Shown one piece after another: positions 49,197 through 58,764 of a stretch of 64,000 nt of DNA (position 1 is the first letter of the stretch; every line of letters begins with the position of its first letter). This DNA is from an uncultured Bacilli bacterium. Lineage in GTDB: Bacteria > Bacillota_I > Bacilli_A > RF39 > UBA660. The position numbers and the translations under genes are program-made. The stretch is taken from NCBI GenBank assembly GCA_944350345.1, contig CALVOP010000005.1, positions 2,575-66,574 of the forward strand. The letters are read 5' to 3'. The notes under the pieces are model-generated. The model worked only from the letters and a program-made list of their open reading frames with translations. It did no database searches and was not told the origin of the DNA.

Positions 49197-49658
49197 TTAA
49201 CTATATTTATCCAATATTTTTTTTAATGTTTCATTTTCAATATAGTAATAATCTTCTATTATATTTTCATTCTTATTATCTTCATTCACAAACCTAGCAT
49301 AACAATACTTTTCACTATTGCTAATCGTAACATATATATTAACTGATGTAATCAAAATTTTTTCTTCATCATATAGATGCACCCATAATAGACTTTTTTT
49401 CCATGTAATATCTTCGCTAATTTTTGTTTTGTCATGAATAAGGGTGTTTATTATTTCGTTTATATCTCCGTTATCATTTATGAAAATAGTACTATCTTCT
49501 GTCTCTAATACTATATGTGCGGTGTTCTTTAATTCTTGCTGCATTGTCTCATTAATAACTGTCCCAATGTCCGTTTCAATTTAATATATACTCTCATTTT
49601 TATTGCAACAAGTTAAAATTATACTAATTATTAATAGCAATACAAACTTTGCTTTCAT
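49197..49658 (-). pseudogene. lipoprotein gene interrupted by an in-frame TAA (or two separate small ORFs)
   Basis: The ATG at 49658 follows GAGGAG and encodes MKAKFVLLLIISIILTCCNKNESIY. A TAA follows (49583-49581, minus strand). The same frame then continues IETDIGTVINET-M(49544)QQELK... to 49197. Confidence 0.4.
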
Positions 49659-49819
49659 TGCATTCTCCTCTAGGTTATTATAATAAGTTTCTAATGTAAA
49701 GTCTTTAGTACTTTAACAAAAAGTTCAGGTTTGATGGTAATTGAAATTTAATAATTAAATTAAAACAAGGATTTTCCCTTGCTTTACATTTATTCTACTT
49801 TTTGAAAATATTATTACAT

Positions 49820-51040
49820 TTAATTTATTGAAACAACATAAATGTTTTTATCCTTTTTATTTTCCAATATTAATGTATTATTTCCATTCGATATATAAAA
49901 AGGCATATAATCATTAGCATTTATATTAAATTTTTTTATATAAGCATTTTTTGTTGTAGAAAATATAGTAAATGATTTATTACTATTTATAACAAAATCA
50001 TCATTAATATTTAATAATCTAGAGATTTTATATCCATTAGCATTAGTTATATTTATCACGTTATTTTTTTTGGAAATATTGATGATTTTGCCTTTTAAAT
50101 CAGTGTCTTTTGATATCTGAGTTATAAGATAAGCTTCATTACCGATTTGAACTTCAGATATTTGCCAATTATCTAAATCTTCGTTTGTATAAATAGTCTT
50201 AGTTTTATCTGTTGAGAGATTTAAAATTTTTATTTTCTCATCATCATAATACGATACTTCACAATAACTTAATTCATCGTTGTAAACTTTGAATGTATAA
50301 TTTGCTTGACATGAAAATGTTCCAGTCTTTTCTGAATGACTTCCAGAATTTTCAACTAATACTTTGAGTTCATCATTTTCTAATATACTAATTTGAAATG
50401 TACTTTTTATTATTTCCGTTTCATTTACAATTTCGTCATTTACTGTATAAACATACACTTTATCTGTTATTTGATCAATTGCAAATATTGGCGCATCTAA
50501 TGGAGAAGATACTTTTCCATTTTTTATTATAATTCTATTTTCAAAGTTTAAATCTGATTTTATTAAAGACCATTCATATACGTTATCTTCAAATTTTTCT
50601 TTTAATTCAACATAGTATATGTAATTATCAGTTATATATATATCCCAAATTCGTGAGTCTGCGGGATAATTATAGTAGTTAAAAGTTTTGGTTTCAATGT
50701 TATAACTCCATACACCTTTAGTTAATAAGATAATATTCATTAATTCCTTTGATATATATGTTCCATAAAGTACATTTTTATGGATATATTCTGGATTTAT
50801 GTCGTATTCTCCATATTTTAATAATTCTTCATATATTATAGTTTTTTCAGCGTTAATATTTTCAATGGCTAGTTCATCTTCTAAAGTGTAATAGTCAACT
50901 GTTGTTTCGTTGATTTTTGGCTCTTCATTGTCTGTTTTTTTGTTTACATTTAATTCATAAACAGTAAATATTAATATTCCTATTATTGCAATTATAGCTA
51001 TAATTAATATGATATATATATTTATTTTTTTACTTTTCAT
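49820..51040 (-). CDS. membrane-anchored extracellular protein, function unknown (downstream partner of the MacB-like ABC gene)
   Basis: N-terminal TM segment (INIYIILIIAIIAIIGILIFTV). The rest is rich in beta-strand-like Y/I/N repeats. No recognisable motif. Confidence 0.5.
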   Translation of the reverse strand: MKSKKINIYIILIIAIIAIIGILIFTVYELNVNKKTDNEEPKINETTVDYYTLEDELAIENINAEKTIIYEELLKYGEYDINPEYIHKNVLYGTYISKELMNIILLTKGVWSYNIETKTFNYYNYPADSRIWDIYITDNYIYYVELKEKFEDNVYEWSLIKSDLNFENRIIIKNGKVSSPLDAPIFAIDQITDKVYVYTVNDEIVNETEIIKSTFQISILENDELKVLVENSGSHSEKTGTFSCQANYTFKVYNDELSYCEVSYYDDEKIKILNLSTDKTKTIYTNEDLDNWQISEVQIGNEAYLITQISKDTDLKGKIINISKKNNVINITNANGYKISRLLNINDDFVINSNKSFTIFSTTKNAYIKKFNINANDYMPFYISNGNNTLILENKKDKNIYVVSIN

Positions 51041-51137
51041 TATATTAAATTTTTCCTTTCTAACATATTTTGAAGTAATATGCCAATCTTCCTCATCTTG
51101 TTTTTAAACTTCTATATTTACTATCACCTCCATTATA

Positions 51138-53810
51138 TCACTTACTGCTAATTAAATCTATTGGTTTCATTTTTGATATTTTTAATAAAGGTATAACAAA
51201 TGAAATAATTGTGAGACACATTAATACTATAAATAAAACATAAATTGTATCAATTCTAAACATTACTGGTTTAATATGGATAAATAAATTTGAAGAGATA
51301 ATATTATTAACAATTAATACTGAAAAATAGCTGACTACATTAGAAATCACAAATGCAAATAAACCAACTATGAATATTTCCAAATAAAATATTTTGTATA
51401 TATCACCTGTTTTAGCGCCTAGTGCTCTTAATATTCCTATTTCTCTTTTATTATTACTGATACTATTTAGTGCAAAGTATAAGAATAAAATTATTGAAAA
51501 TATTAATGCAAAAATTGAAAAATAAAATGCAATTTTTGAAATTTTATCTACAACTTTATTAACACTATCAATAGTTTCAGTAAATAATGTTTTAATTTTG
51601 TATTTATCTTCATTTTCAAATTTGTCTAAAATTGTTTCTATTTCATTTTTATTATATGCATCAAAATACATTGAAATTATTTCAACATTATCACGCATAT
51701 ATTCGTTAAAAACAGAATCTCTGGAAAAATAATTATAAATTTCTTCGTTAGAATAACCAACAATTATAAAATCGTTGTAAGTTTTAGTTGTATCATTTTG
51801 TGTTCTTAAATATAAATCATTGACTTCTACTGAAATAGTTTTACCAATTAAACCTTTTTCTTTTATAAAATTTTGAGTAAATTCTTCTATCAGTTTATTA
51901 GTATCTAAAGGTAGAATTTCTTCAGGGTATTCATAAACATATTCAGGATTTATTTCAAGCTGTTTTTCTATTTCTAAAATTTGCTGTTCTCTTTCCTTTA
52001 CTTTTAAATCATATTCGTTTTTCTTTTCAGCTATATACTCTAATAATTTATTAGAATACTCATTATCATATAGTTCATCTAACATTCCAGTACCCAGTAC
52101 TAGTTCATTATCTGCTAAACTATTTATTTTTTTTATTTCATTTCCATTATAGATAGTTATCTCTTTATATAATAAAGCCGTATTAGAAGTTGGATAAAAT
52201 CTATTAGAATTAAAAACATAAGCAATTTTATAAAAGTCATTTGACATCACAAAATTTTCCTGTAAATTTAAACTTTCAAAAAAATTATCATTTACAATTA
52301 CTTCTGATAGTTTTGATGTGTATTTTGTCTTAAATTCGTTAAATAATTCGCTAGGTTTTATTTGAATATCATCATACAAAGTATTTTTTAAACTTTCATA
52401 TTTAGACATATCTTCATCAATAATACCTACTATGTTTAAATAACTACTTCCAAAAATTATCTTTACATTAGAAGCAATTAATTCATCATAACTTGTAGGA
52501 AAATATTCTTTTTGTATAATGTTTCCATTTTTGTCATTAGTAATTATTAGGATACCATTTTTTATAATATAATCTGCATAGACTTTATTGATTATTATTT
52601 CATGACTATTAATTGGCATTCTACCTAATAAATCCAATTCTTTTAATTGTTCTTCATTATAAGTAACAAACAATGTTGTTGAAGTGTCTAGCTGATAATA
52701 AGCATAATTATTGGTATCATCATTGTTTGGATTAAAACTATAAGCGTATGAAATTTCTAAATAATTATTATCTTCAACTACCTTATTGATTTCAACCATA
52801 TCATAATTGATTTTAGATTTAACTTCATTGACTTCACTATTAGTAAATGTTATCACGGGAGATGCTGTTGTAAAATTTTGATCTTTAATAACTTTTGTTA
52901 TTTCCATACGTGTTTCATTTTGATTAACCATTGTTTGCGCATGTGTTTTATTTATATCATATTTTATTAGTTGAAAAAAGAAAGCAAATGAAGATAATGA
53001 TAAAGTTATAAGTATTGCTATAACGGCTAATTTTATTTTTTTCTTTTTTAAATTAGCAAATGCTAATGATAATGATTTAATAAAAGATAATTTAGATTTT
53101 ACTAATAAAAATTTGCTATTGGATGTATAGATATCTTTAGATCTAGCAATAACGTTTGCTATATTACCATCTTTCATCTCAATTATTTTATCTGCATACT
53201 TATTAGCATATTCAGTATTATGAGTTACTACTATAACAAGTCTAGTTTTAGAAATAATTTTTAATAATTCAAATATTTGCTCACTGTTAGCACTATCTAG
53301 GTTACCAGTTGGTTCATCTGCCAAAATAATATGTGGATTTTTAATTAATGCTCTAGCAATTGCTACTCTTTGTCTTTGACCACCTGATAGTTCACTAATT
53401 TTTCTTTTTTCTAAACCACTCAATCCAACCAATGCTAATATATCTTTTATATCTTGGGAATATTTTTTTCTCTTTTGTAAATCTAATGCAAGAGCCACAT
53501 TTTTACCAACATCATATTTGCTTATTAAATTATACTCTTGAAAAACAAATCCTACATAAGTATTTCTATAATAATCAATTTCTTTTTGTTTGAACTTATT
53601 GATACATTTACTATCAACAACAATTTCTCCTTTATCTGGTTTATCAAGTAAACCAATCAAGTTTAATAATGTAGTTTTTCCACTCCCACTCTCTCCAATA
53701 ATAAATACTATGCCTTTGTCTGGAAACCTTAATGACACATTTTTTAAAGCTTCAACATTATTTTTTTTATTAATGTTATAAGTTTTATCAACACTTCTTA
53801 ATTCAATCAC
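51138..53810 (-). CDS. MacB-like ABC transporter, fused ATPase + FtsX-type permease with very large extracytoplasmic domain
   Basis: The NBD has GESGSGKTT, LSGGQRQRVAIARAL and ILADEPTGNLD. Then come TM1 (~aa 265-290), a ~480-aa loop and three C-terminal TM segments with the FtsX-type GILRALGA motif. Confidence 0.85.
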   Translation of the reverse strand: MIELRSVDKTYNINKKNNVEALKNVSLRFPDKGIVFIIGESGSGKTTLLNLIGLLDKPDKGEIVVDSKCINKFKQKEIDYYRNTYVGFVFQEYNLISKYDVGKNVALALDLQKRKKYSQDIKDILALVGLSGLEKRKISELSGGQRQRVAIARALIKNPHIILADEPTGNLDSANSEQIFELLKIISKTRLVIVVTHNTEYANKYADKIIEMKDGNIANVIARSKDIYTSNSKFLLVKSKLSFIKSLSLAFANLKKKKIKLAVIAILITLSLSSFAFFFQLIKYDINKTHAQTMVNQNETRMEITKVIKDQNFTTASPVITFTNSEVNEVKSKINYDMVEINKVVEDNNYLEISYAYSFNPNNDDTNNYAYYQLDTSTTLFVTYNEEQLKELDLLGRMPINSHEIIINKVYADYIIKNGILIITNDKNGNIIQKEYFPTSYDELIASNVKIIFGSSYLNIVGIIDEDMSKYESLKNTLYDDIQIKPSELFNEFKTKYTSKLSEVIVNDNFFESLNLQENFVMSNDFYKIAYVFNSNRFYPTSNTALLYKEITIYNGNEIKKINSLADNELVLGTGMLDELYDNEYSNKLLEYIAEKKNEYDLKVKEREQQILEIEKQLEINPEYVYEYPEEILPLDTNKLIEEFTQNFIKEKGLIGKTISVEVNDLYLRTQNDTTKTYNDFIIVGYSNEEIYNYFSRDSVFNEYMRDNVEIISMYFDAYNKNEIETILDKFENEDKYKIKTLFTETIDSVNKVVDKISKIAFYFSIFALIFSIILFLYFALNSISNNKREIGILRALGAKTGDIYKIFYLEIFIVGLFAFVISNVVSYFSVLIVNNIISSNLFIHIKPVMFRIDTIYVLFIVLMCLTIISFVIPLLKISKMKPIDLISSK

Positions 53811-54029
53811 AATTTTCCTCCAAAACTAAAATAAATATAGATTATGTTCAAGTCTTTCTATGATTCTAGATATATTGTACCATAAATTTTATATAAACTA
53901 TAATAAATTTTATTAATTTTTAATATTTTGAATTTTATTGTTTTTCAGGTATATTTTTTTAAATAATTTGGGTAGTAAGAATTACTAAATAAGCAATATA
54001 TTCTTTTGTTGCAAATTATATATATAAAA

Positions 54030-54057
54030 ACTAATACTTGTAAATTTAAGTATTAGT
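54030..54057. terminator. hairpin terminator, copy B of a duplicated element
   Basis: actaatactt-N8-aagtattagt lies 10 nt past the stop of the 54067 gene, flanked by A/T runs. Confidence 0.5.
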
Positions 54058-54066
54058 TTTACTTTT

Positions 54067-54414
54067 TTATTTTCTAATTATAATTGAGTTAAAAAATCTT
54101 TCTTGAAATTCTGTAAGTGCTTTTATAGCGTCATCAGAATAATTAATATTTTTTGGAGCTACGACTAATTTATCGTCTTCGTCGTTAGTTCTATGAATAA
54201 TAGCAATTACTTTTCCTTTAAATTCTTCAATGGGTTCATATACTCCTAATACGTATGCATCAAATTCTTCACCGTCTCCGCTTATTGTATTAGGAATATA
54301 ACCATAATTTAACGTGTAAATAAATCCGTGCTTCGGATGATGTGAACCGAGCTTTCTATCAATTTTCACTAGTACGTCCTTGTTTAAATAGTCATTTGAA
54401 TTTACTTTATCCAT
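54067..54414 (-). CDS. short family-I inorganic pyrophosphatase-like protein
   Basis: YGYIPNT, DGEEFDAYVLG and the IH..NDEDDKLVVAP pattern resemble the Ppa core. At 115 aa it is shorter than canonical Ppa. Confidence 0.55.
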   Translation of the reverse strand: MDKVNSNDYLNKDVLVKIDRKLGSHHPKHGFIYTLNYGYIPNTISGDGEEFDAYVLGVYEPIEEFKGKVIAIIHRTNDEDDKLVVAPKNINYSDDAIKALTEFQERFFNSIIIRK

Positions 54415-54449
54415 TTTTTCTCCTTAAATTTTATAAATTAATTCTTTTG

Positions 54450-54671
54450 TTATTCGTTAGTATTGAAATCTTCAAAAGTTCCATCTTCTTTTAATATTTT
54501 ATTTACTGTTTCTTGTGCATTTTTTAGTTTATCGCTACAAAAATTTACAAGTGTTGTTGCTTCTTTATATTTATCTAAACTTTTGTCTAAATCAATTTCT
54601 CCACTTTCTAGTTCTCTTATTATATCTTCTAATTTTAATAATGCACTTTCAAATGTTTCGTTTTCCATCAT
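54450..54671 (-). CDS. xseB: exodeoxyribonuclease VII small subunit
   Basis: FESALLKLEDIIRELESGEIDLDKSL..YKEAT.L...C..KL. It overlaps the xseA stop. Confidence 0.85.
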   Translation of the reverse strand: MMENETFESALLKLEDIIRELESGEIDLDKSLDKYKEATTLVNFCSDKLKNAQETVNKILKEDGTFEDFNTNE

Positions 54672-55993
54672 TTCACTCCTTTTACTTCACTATTTATTAT
54701 TCCGTCTTTTAAAATTATATCTAAGTTATCACTTATTTTTACATCATTTTTACTTTTTATAATTTTGTCATTTATTTTTACTATTGAATAACCTTTATCT
54801 AATATATTAGTTGGATTTAATAATTCTATTTTTGTTTGTGAATTTGTTAGTTCTTTATTTTTAAATTTAATTATGTTATTCATGGAATTATTTAAATTTT
54901 TTTCTAGTTGTTTTATTTTCTCTATATTATAATCAATTTTTTCACTAGGACTTAATCCTTTTATTTTTATTAGTAACTGATTTAATTTGTTTGTATTATC
55001 ACTAATTTTATTATTAATTAGTCCATTTAATTTATCAATTAATATGTCAAGTTTTTGTTCTTTTGGCGAATACAAGCTCAGTATGTTTTTGAGTATAAAA
55101 CTATTTGCAGTTGAACTTAATTTTTCATTTGCCCTTTTTAGTTTATTATTTAATACATTTGTAATTCTACCTTTATATTCGTTTAAATATCGCATTATTT
55201 CGTATTGATCTGGCACGGCCATTAATGCTGCTCCTGTTGGTGTTGGGGCTCTTAAGTCTGCAACAAAGTCACTTATCGTAAAGTCAATTTCATGACCTAC
55301 AGCACTGATAATAGGTATCTTACTATTATATATACTTCTTGCTACTATCTCTTCATTAAATGCCCATAAGTCTTCGATTGATCCACCACCACGTCCTAGT
55401 ATTATTAGGTCTACGTCTGTTTCGTTAGCTTTTTCTATCATTTTTACGATATTTTCTTTAGCTCCATCTCCCTGTACTAATGTTGGAAAAATTAATATCT
55501 CACATAATGGATATCTTTTGTTAATCGTACTTATAATGTCTTTTACTGCTGCTCCTGTTGGTGCCGTGATAACTCCTATTTTTTTAGGTATCCTTGGTAA
55601 TTTTTGTTTATGTGTTTCATCGAAAAGGCCTTCATTGTTTAATCGTTTTTTTAGTTCTTCAAATAATTGGTATAAGTTTCCTACTCCATCATTAGTCATT
55701 TCATTTACATATATTTGATAGCTGCCACTTGCTTCATATACGTTTACTCTACCTTTTACTTGTACACTCATGCCATCGTTTAGTTCAAAAGTAACTTTTG
55801 GAGCATAATTAAACATTACACAATTAATTTTACTGTTTTCGTCTTTTAAACTAAAGTATAAATGCCCTCTTCCATGAATTTTTAGATTACTTATTTCTCC
55901 TTTTACTGTAACATTATTTAAAAATCCATCTACTGTAAAAAGATCTTTTATATATCTGTTGACGTCAGTTACACTTAGAATTTGTTCATTCAT
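54668..55993 (-). CDS. xseA: exodeoxyribonuclease VII large subunit
   Basis: The OB-fold N-terminus is LSVTDVNRYIKDLF...V.VKGEISN...GHLYFSLKD. Other motifs: IGVITAPTGAAVKDI, RGGGSIEDLWAFNEE and ISAVGHEIDFTISDFVADLRAPTPT. Confidence 0.9.
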   Translation of the reverse strand: MNEQILSVTDVNRYIKDLFTVDGFLNNVTVKGEISNLKIHGRGHLYFSLKDENSKINCVMFNYAPKVTFELNDGMSVQVKGRVNVYEASGSYQIYVNEMTNDGVGNLYQLFEELKKRLNNEGLFDETHKQKLPRIPKKIGVITAPTGAAVKDIISTINKRYPLCEILIFPTLVQGDGAKENIVKMIEKANETDVDLIILGRGGGSIEDLWAFNEEIVARSIYNSKIPIISAVGHEIDFTISDFVADLRAPTPTGAALMAVPDQYEIMRYLNEYKGRITNVLNNKLKRANEKLSSTANSFILKNILSLYSPKEQKLDILIDKLNGLINNKISDNTNKLNQLLIKIKGLSPSEKIDYNIEKIKQLEKNLNNSMNNIIKFKNKELTNSQTKIELLNPTNILDKGYSIVKINDKIIKSKNDVKISDNLDIILKDGIINSEVKGVK

Positions 55994-56396
55994 CTTTTAC
56001 CTCTAAGTCATATATTTTGTCAAGTACACTGTTTAAAAGACCAGTTACTTTTTCATCACTATATTTTTTGCAAAGCTCTATTCCTTCATTAATGCATACT
56101 ATATTAGGAGTATCACAATATAATAATTCATATACGCTCATTCTAAAGATTGCCTGGTCAATATTACCAAGTCTCTTTGTTGTCCAACCAATCATATATT
56201 TATCTATCAATTTATCTAATTCTTCTTCTTTTTCAAGTACTCCATTAACTATTGTATTAACAAATTCATTATCTATCTCAACATTTTCTTTTATAACATC
56301 ATTTACGTTAAATTTAATGTTATCTTTTCTATAAATATATATTTGATACAGAATTGTCATTATTTTTTCTCTAAGTAATGTTCTATTAACTCTCAT
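55986..56396 (-). CDS. nusB: transcription antitermination factor NusB
   Basis: A 136-aa helical protein with RLGNIDQAIFRMSVYELLY and EGIELCKKYSDEK..G.LN.VLDKI. The nusB-xseA-xseB order matches other Firmicutes. Confidence 0.85.
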   Translation of the reverse strand: MRVNRTLLREKIMTILYQIYIYRKDNIKFNVNDVIKENVEIDNEFVNTIVNGVLEKEEELDKLIDKYMIGWTTKRLGNIDQAIFRMSVYELLYCDTPNIVCINEGIELCKKYSDEKVTGLLNSVLDKIYDLEVKDE

Positions 56397-56492
56397 TATG
56401 TACCACCTATTCCATTATATATTTAAAACTATAAAACAGCAAGTATTTTAAAATATGTTTTAATGTATTTTTAGTAAAAAAATATGTGGTTT

Positions 56493-57014
56493 TTAAATAT
56501 GTTTTTTTCTTATTTCTTCGTCATTTGTCCATTCTTTTGCAGCTAAATAATATGGGTTTCTATTTGGGTCATATCTATTTTCTTCTATATAACCAAAATT
56601 TTTTGAATAACTTTCGTCAATTATTAGCATTAGAGATGTATCTATAACTTTTGAGTTGATTGATATCCAGGTATGACTTCCATCTGGACAATTTTTAGTG
56701 CCAGACAATATTGGTAAGACCCCTCCACAGATATAACATTTGCTAAATGAGTAGCTAAGTTGTTTTGATGCTGAAGTACAACATCCTAAGTTTGCTCCAT
56801 CAATAAATACATCTTCAAAACTATTTATGCCTCTTATATTTTGCGCTCTAATCATATTCCATAATTGATCATTAAAACCACTTAATTTGCCTTCTTCAAT
56901 GCCTTTTTCAACTAAGTTTTTAAATTTTAAATTAGAATTTAGTAATGATTTTAGTATGTCATAGCATTTATAATCCTTTTTGTCTTCGTCTATTAATATT
57001 TTAATTGCATCCAT
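56493..57014 (-). CDS. hypothetical protein with candidate Cys-His-Asp (transglutaminase/papain-like) triad
   Basis: NLGCCTSASKQLSY ... DGSHTWISINSKVIDTS. The spacing C-x~45-H-x11-D resembles transglutaminase-like thiol hydrolases. This rests on the motif only. Confidence 0.35.
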   Translation of the reverse strand: MDAIKILIDEDKKDYKCYDILKSLLNSNLKFKNLVEKGIEEGKLSGFNDQLWNMIRAQNIRGINSFEDVFIDGANLGCCTSASKQLSYSFSKCYICGGVLPILSGTKNCPDGSHTWISINSKVIDTSLMLIIDESYSKNFGYIEENRYDPNRNPYYLAAKEWTNDEEIRKKHI

Positions 57015-57153
57015 AATTAAACCTCTTATTATTTAATTTTCTTTAATTTAATTAATTATATTTATTTTTAATGTAAATGTCAAAGTCAGATTTATATTTG
57101 AAATATTTTATGTATTTTTATTGTAAAATCATTTTAAATTAATTTTATAGTAA

Positions 57154-57810
57154 TTATATTACATATAAGAATATTGAGAAAAAATGTAATATGCTTGCTG
57201 CTAATACAAAAAGATGAAACATTCCGTGCATATATTTATGTTTTTTTCCAATTCCATAGAAAATAGCTCCAATGGTATAAATGATTCCTCCACTTAATAA
57301 TAACCACAATCCTCTTATATCTAACGCGTTACATAAGGGTTTGATTGCTGCAATAATAACCCATCCCATGAGTAAATACATAATCATTGATATAACTTTA
57401 AATTTTTTTATGTCAATGGCATTTAGTATTATTCCAATAATTGCTGCACCCCAAACAATTCCAAAAAATGTCCAGCCTAAAGCACCGTTTAAAGTGACTA
57501 ACGTATATGGAGTGTATGTCCCTGCAATCAATAAATAAATACTGCAATGATCTATTATTCTTAATACTTTTTTTCCTTTGTTAACTTTTAAAGAATGATA
57601 TATCGTAGACATTGTATATAATATTATTAATGTTGATCCATATATTGATGAAGCTACTACTGCCCATGGGTTTCCGTGAATCGCACTAAAAACTACGGTT
57701 AACACTAATGCTGCAACTGATAGTAAACTTCCTATTCCATGTGTAATTCCATTAATAATCTCTTCGCTTAAACTATATTTTGGTATTTCAATTTTATCTA
57801 ATTTTCCCAT
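57154..57810 (-). CDS. hemolysin III-family (PAQR) membrane protein
   Basis: 7 TM segments with EEIINGITHGIG, STIYHS, IDHCSIYLLIAGTYTP and HLFVLAASILHF. Confidence 0.85.
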   Translation of the reverse strand: MGKLDKIEIPKYSLSEEIINGITHGIGSLLSVAALVLTVVFSAIHGNPWAVVASSIYGSTLIILYTMSTIYHSLKVNKGKKVLRIIDHCSIYLLIAGTYTPYTLVTLNGALGWTFFGIVWGAAIIGIILNAIDIKKFKVISMIMYLLMGWVIIAAIKPLCNALDIRGLWLLLSGGIIYTIGAIFYGIGKKHKYMHGMFHLFVLAASILHFFSIFLYVI

Positions 57811-57817
57811 TCTTTCC

Positions 57818-58756
57818 TCACATTTCTAATAAAAACATTTCTAAAGAATTATTTTCGCATATTTCTCCAGTTTTTTTACTTTTATCTATTTCATATAATT
57901 TTTCTAAATAATTTATCAATTCCTTTTTTTTGAATTTTGTCGATTCTTTTATTCCAAGTTGTATTCTATAAGGATGTTCTTTTAGTATTTCATTAATTTC
58001 ATATTGATTTTTTCCGTCTTCTAAAAGAACTTTAATTGAAAGGAATAATCTAAATTGACTTTCAAGTAAACCAATTATTATAAACTCATCAGTTTTACTT
58101 TCTATTAGTTCCTTGTATATTCTAAATATCTCATTTTTGTTTTTATCTGATATTGCATTTGTTAATTTATAAATATTGTTTTCTAATGACTTTGGAACTA
58201 CTGTAATAACATCATTTAATTTTATTTTTTTATCGTGTATTTTATACATTTTTAATTTTTCTAGTTCATTTAATATTGTATCTTTGTTATTTTCACATCT
58301 AACTAATAATTCGTTTAATGCGGCTGATTCTATATCATAGTTTTCTTTATTTAAATTTTCCATAATTATAGAAATTATATTTTTGTTATCTTTTTTATTG
58401 AATGCGAAAACTTCACAACATTTTTTTAACTCTTTTGTTATTTTTTTTCTTTCATCTAGTTTTTCTTCATTAAGACTAAAAATTATTATTGTTTTTTCAT
58501 TTGGATTTTTAATATATCTAAGTAATTTATCTGTATTTATAGAATCTTTTTCTTTGCTAGTTAAAAATATACAATCACTAATAACTATACATTTTTTGTC
58601 ATCAAACATGCTTAAATAACAGGCATCTTCTAATATTAAATCTATGTCAGTTTCTGTGTAATTATATTTAATAACGTTGTTTGTATTAATAGTTTCAATG
58701 ATTTTATTTATTTTTTCTTTTATTTCTACTAAACTATTGCCATATACTAAATACAT
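57818..58756 (-). CDS. holA: DNA polymerase III subunit delta
   Basis: MYLVYGNS...ILEDACYLSMFDDKKCIVI... and the C-terminal HPYRIQLGIKES..F....L......L.EIDKSKKTG pattern are typical of HolA. Confidence 0.75.
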   Translation of the reverse strand: MYLVYGNSLVEIKEKINKIIETINTNNVIKYNYTETDIDLILEDACYLSMFDDKKCIVISDCIFLTSKEKDSINTDKLLRYIKNPNEKTIIIFSLNEEKLDERKKITKELKKCCEVFAFNKKDNKNIISIIMENLNKENYDIESAALNELLVRCENNKDTILNELEKLKMYKIHDKKIKLNDVITVVPKSLENNIYKLTNAISDKNKNEIFRIYKELIESKTDEFIIIGLLESQFRLFLSIKVLLEDGKNQYEINEILKEHPYRIQLGIKESTKFKKKELINYLEKLYEIDKSKKTGEICENNSLEMFLLEM

Positions 58757-58764
58757 AAAACCAC

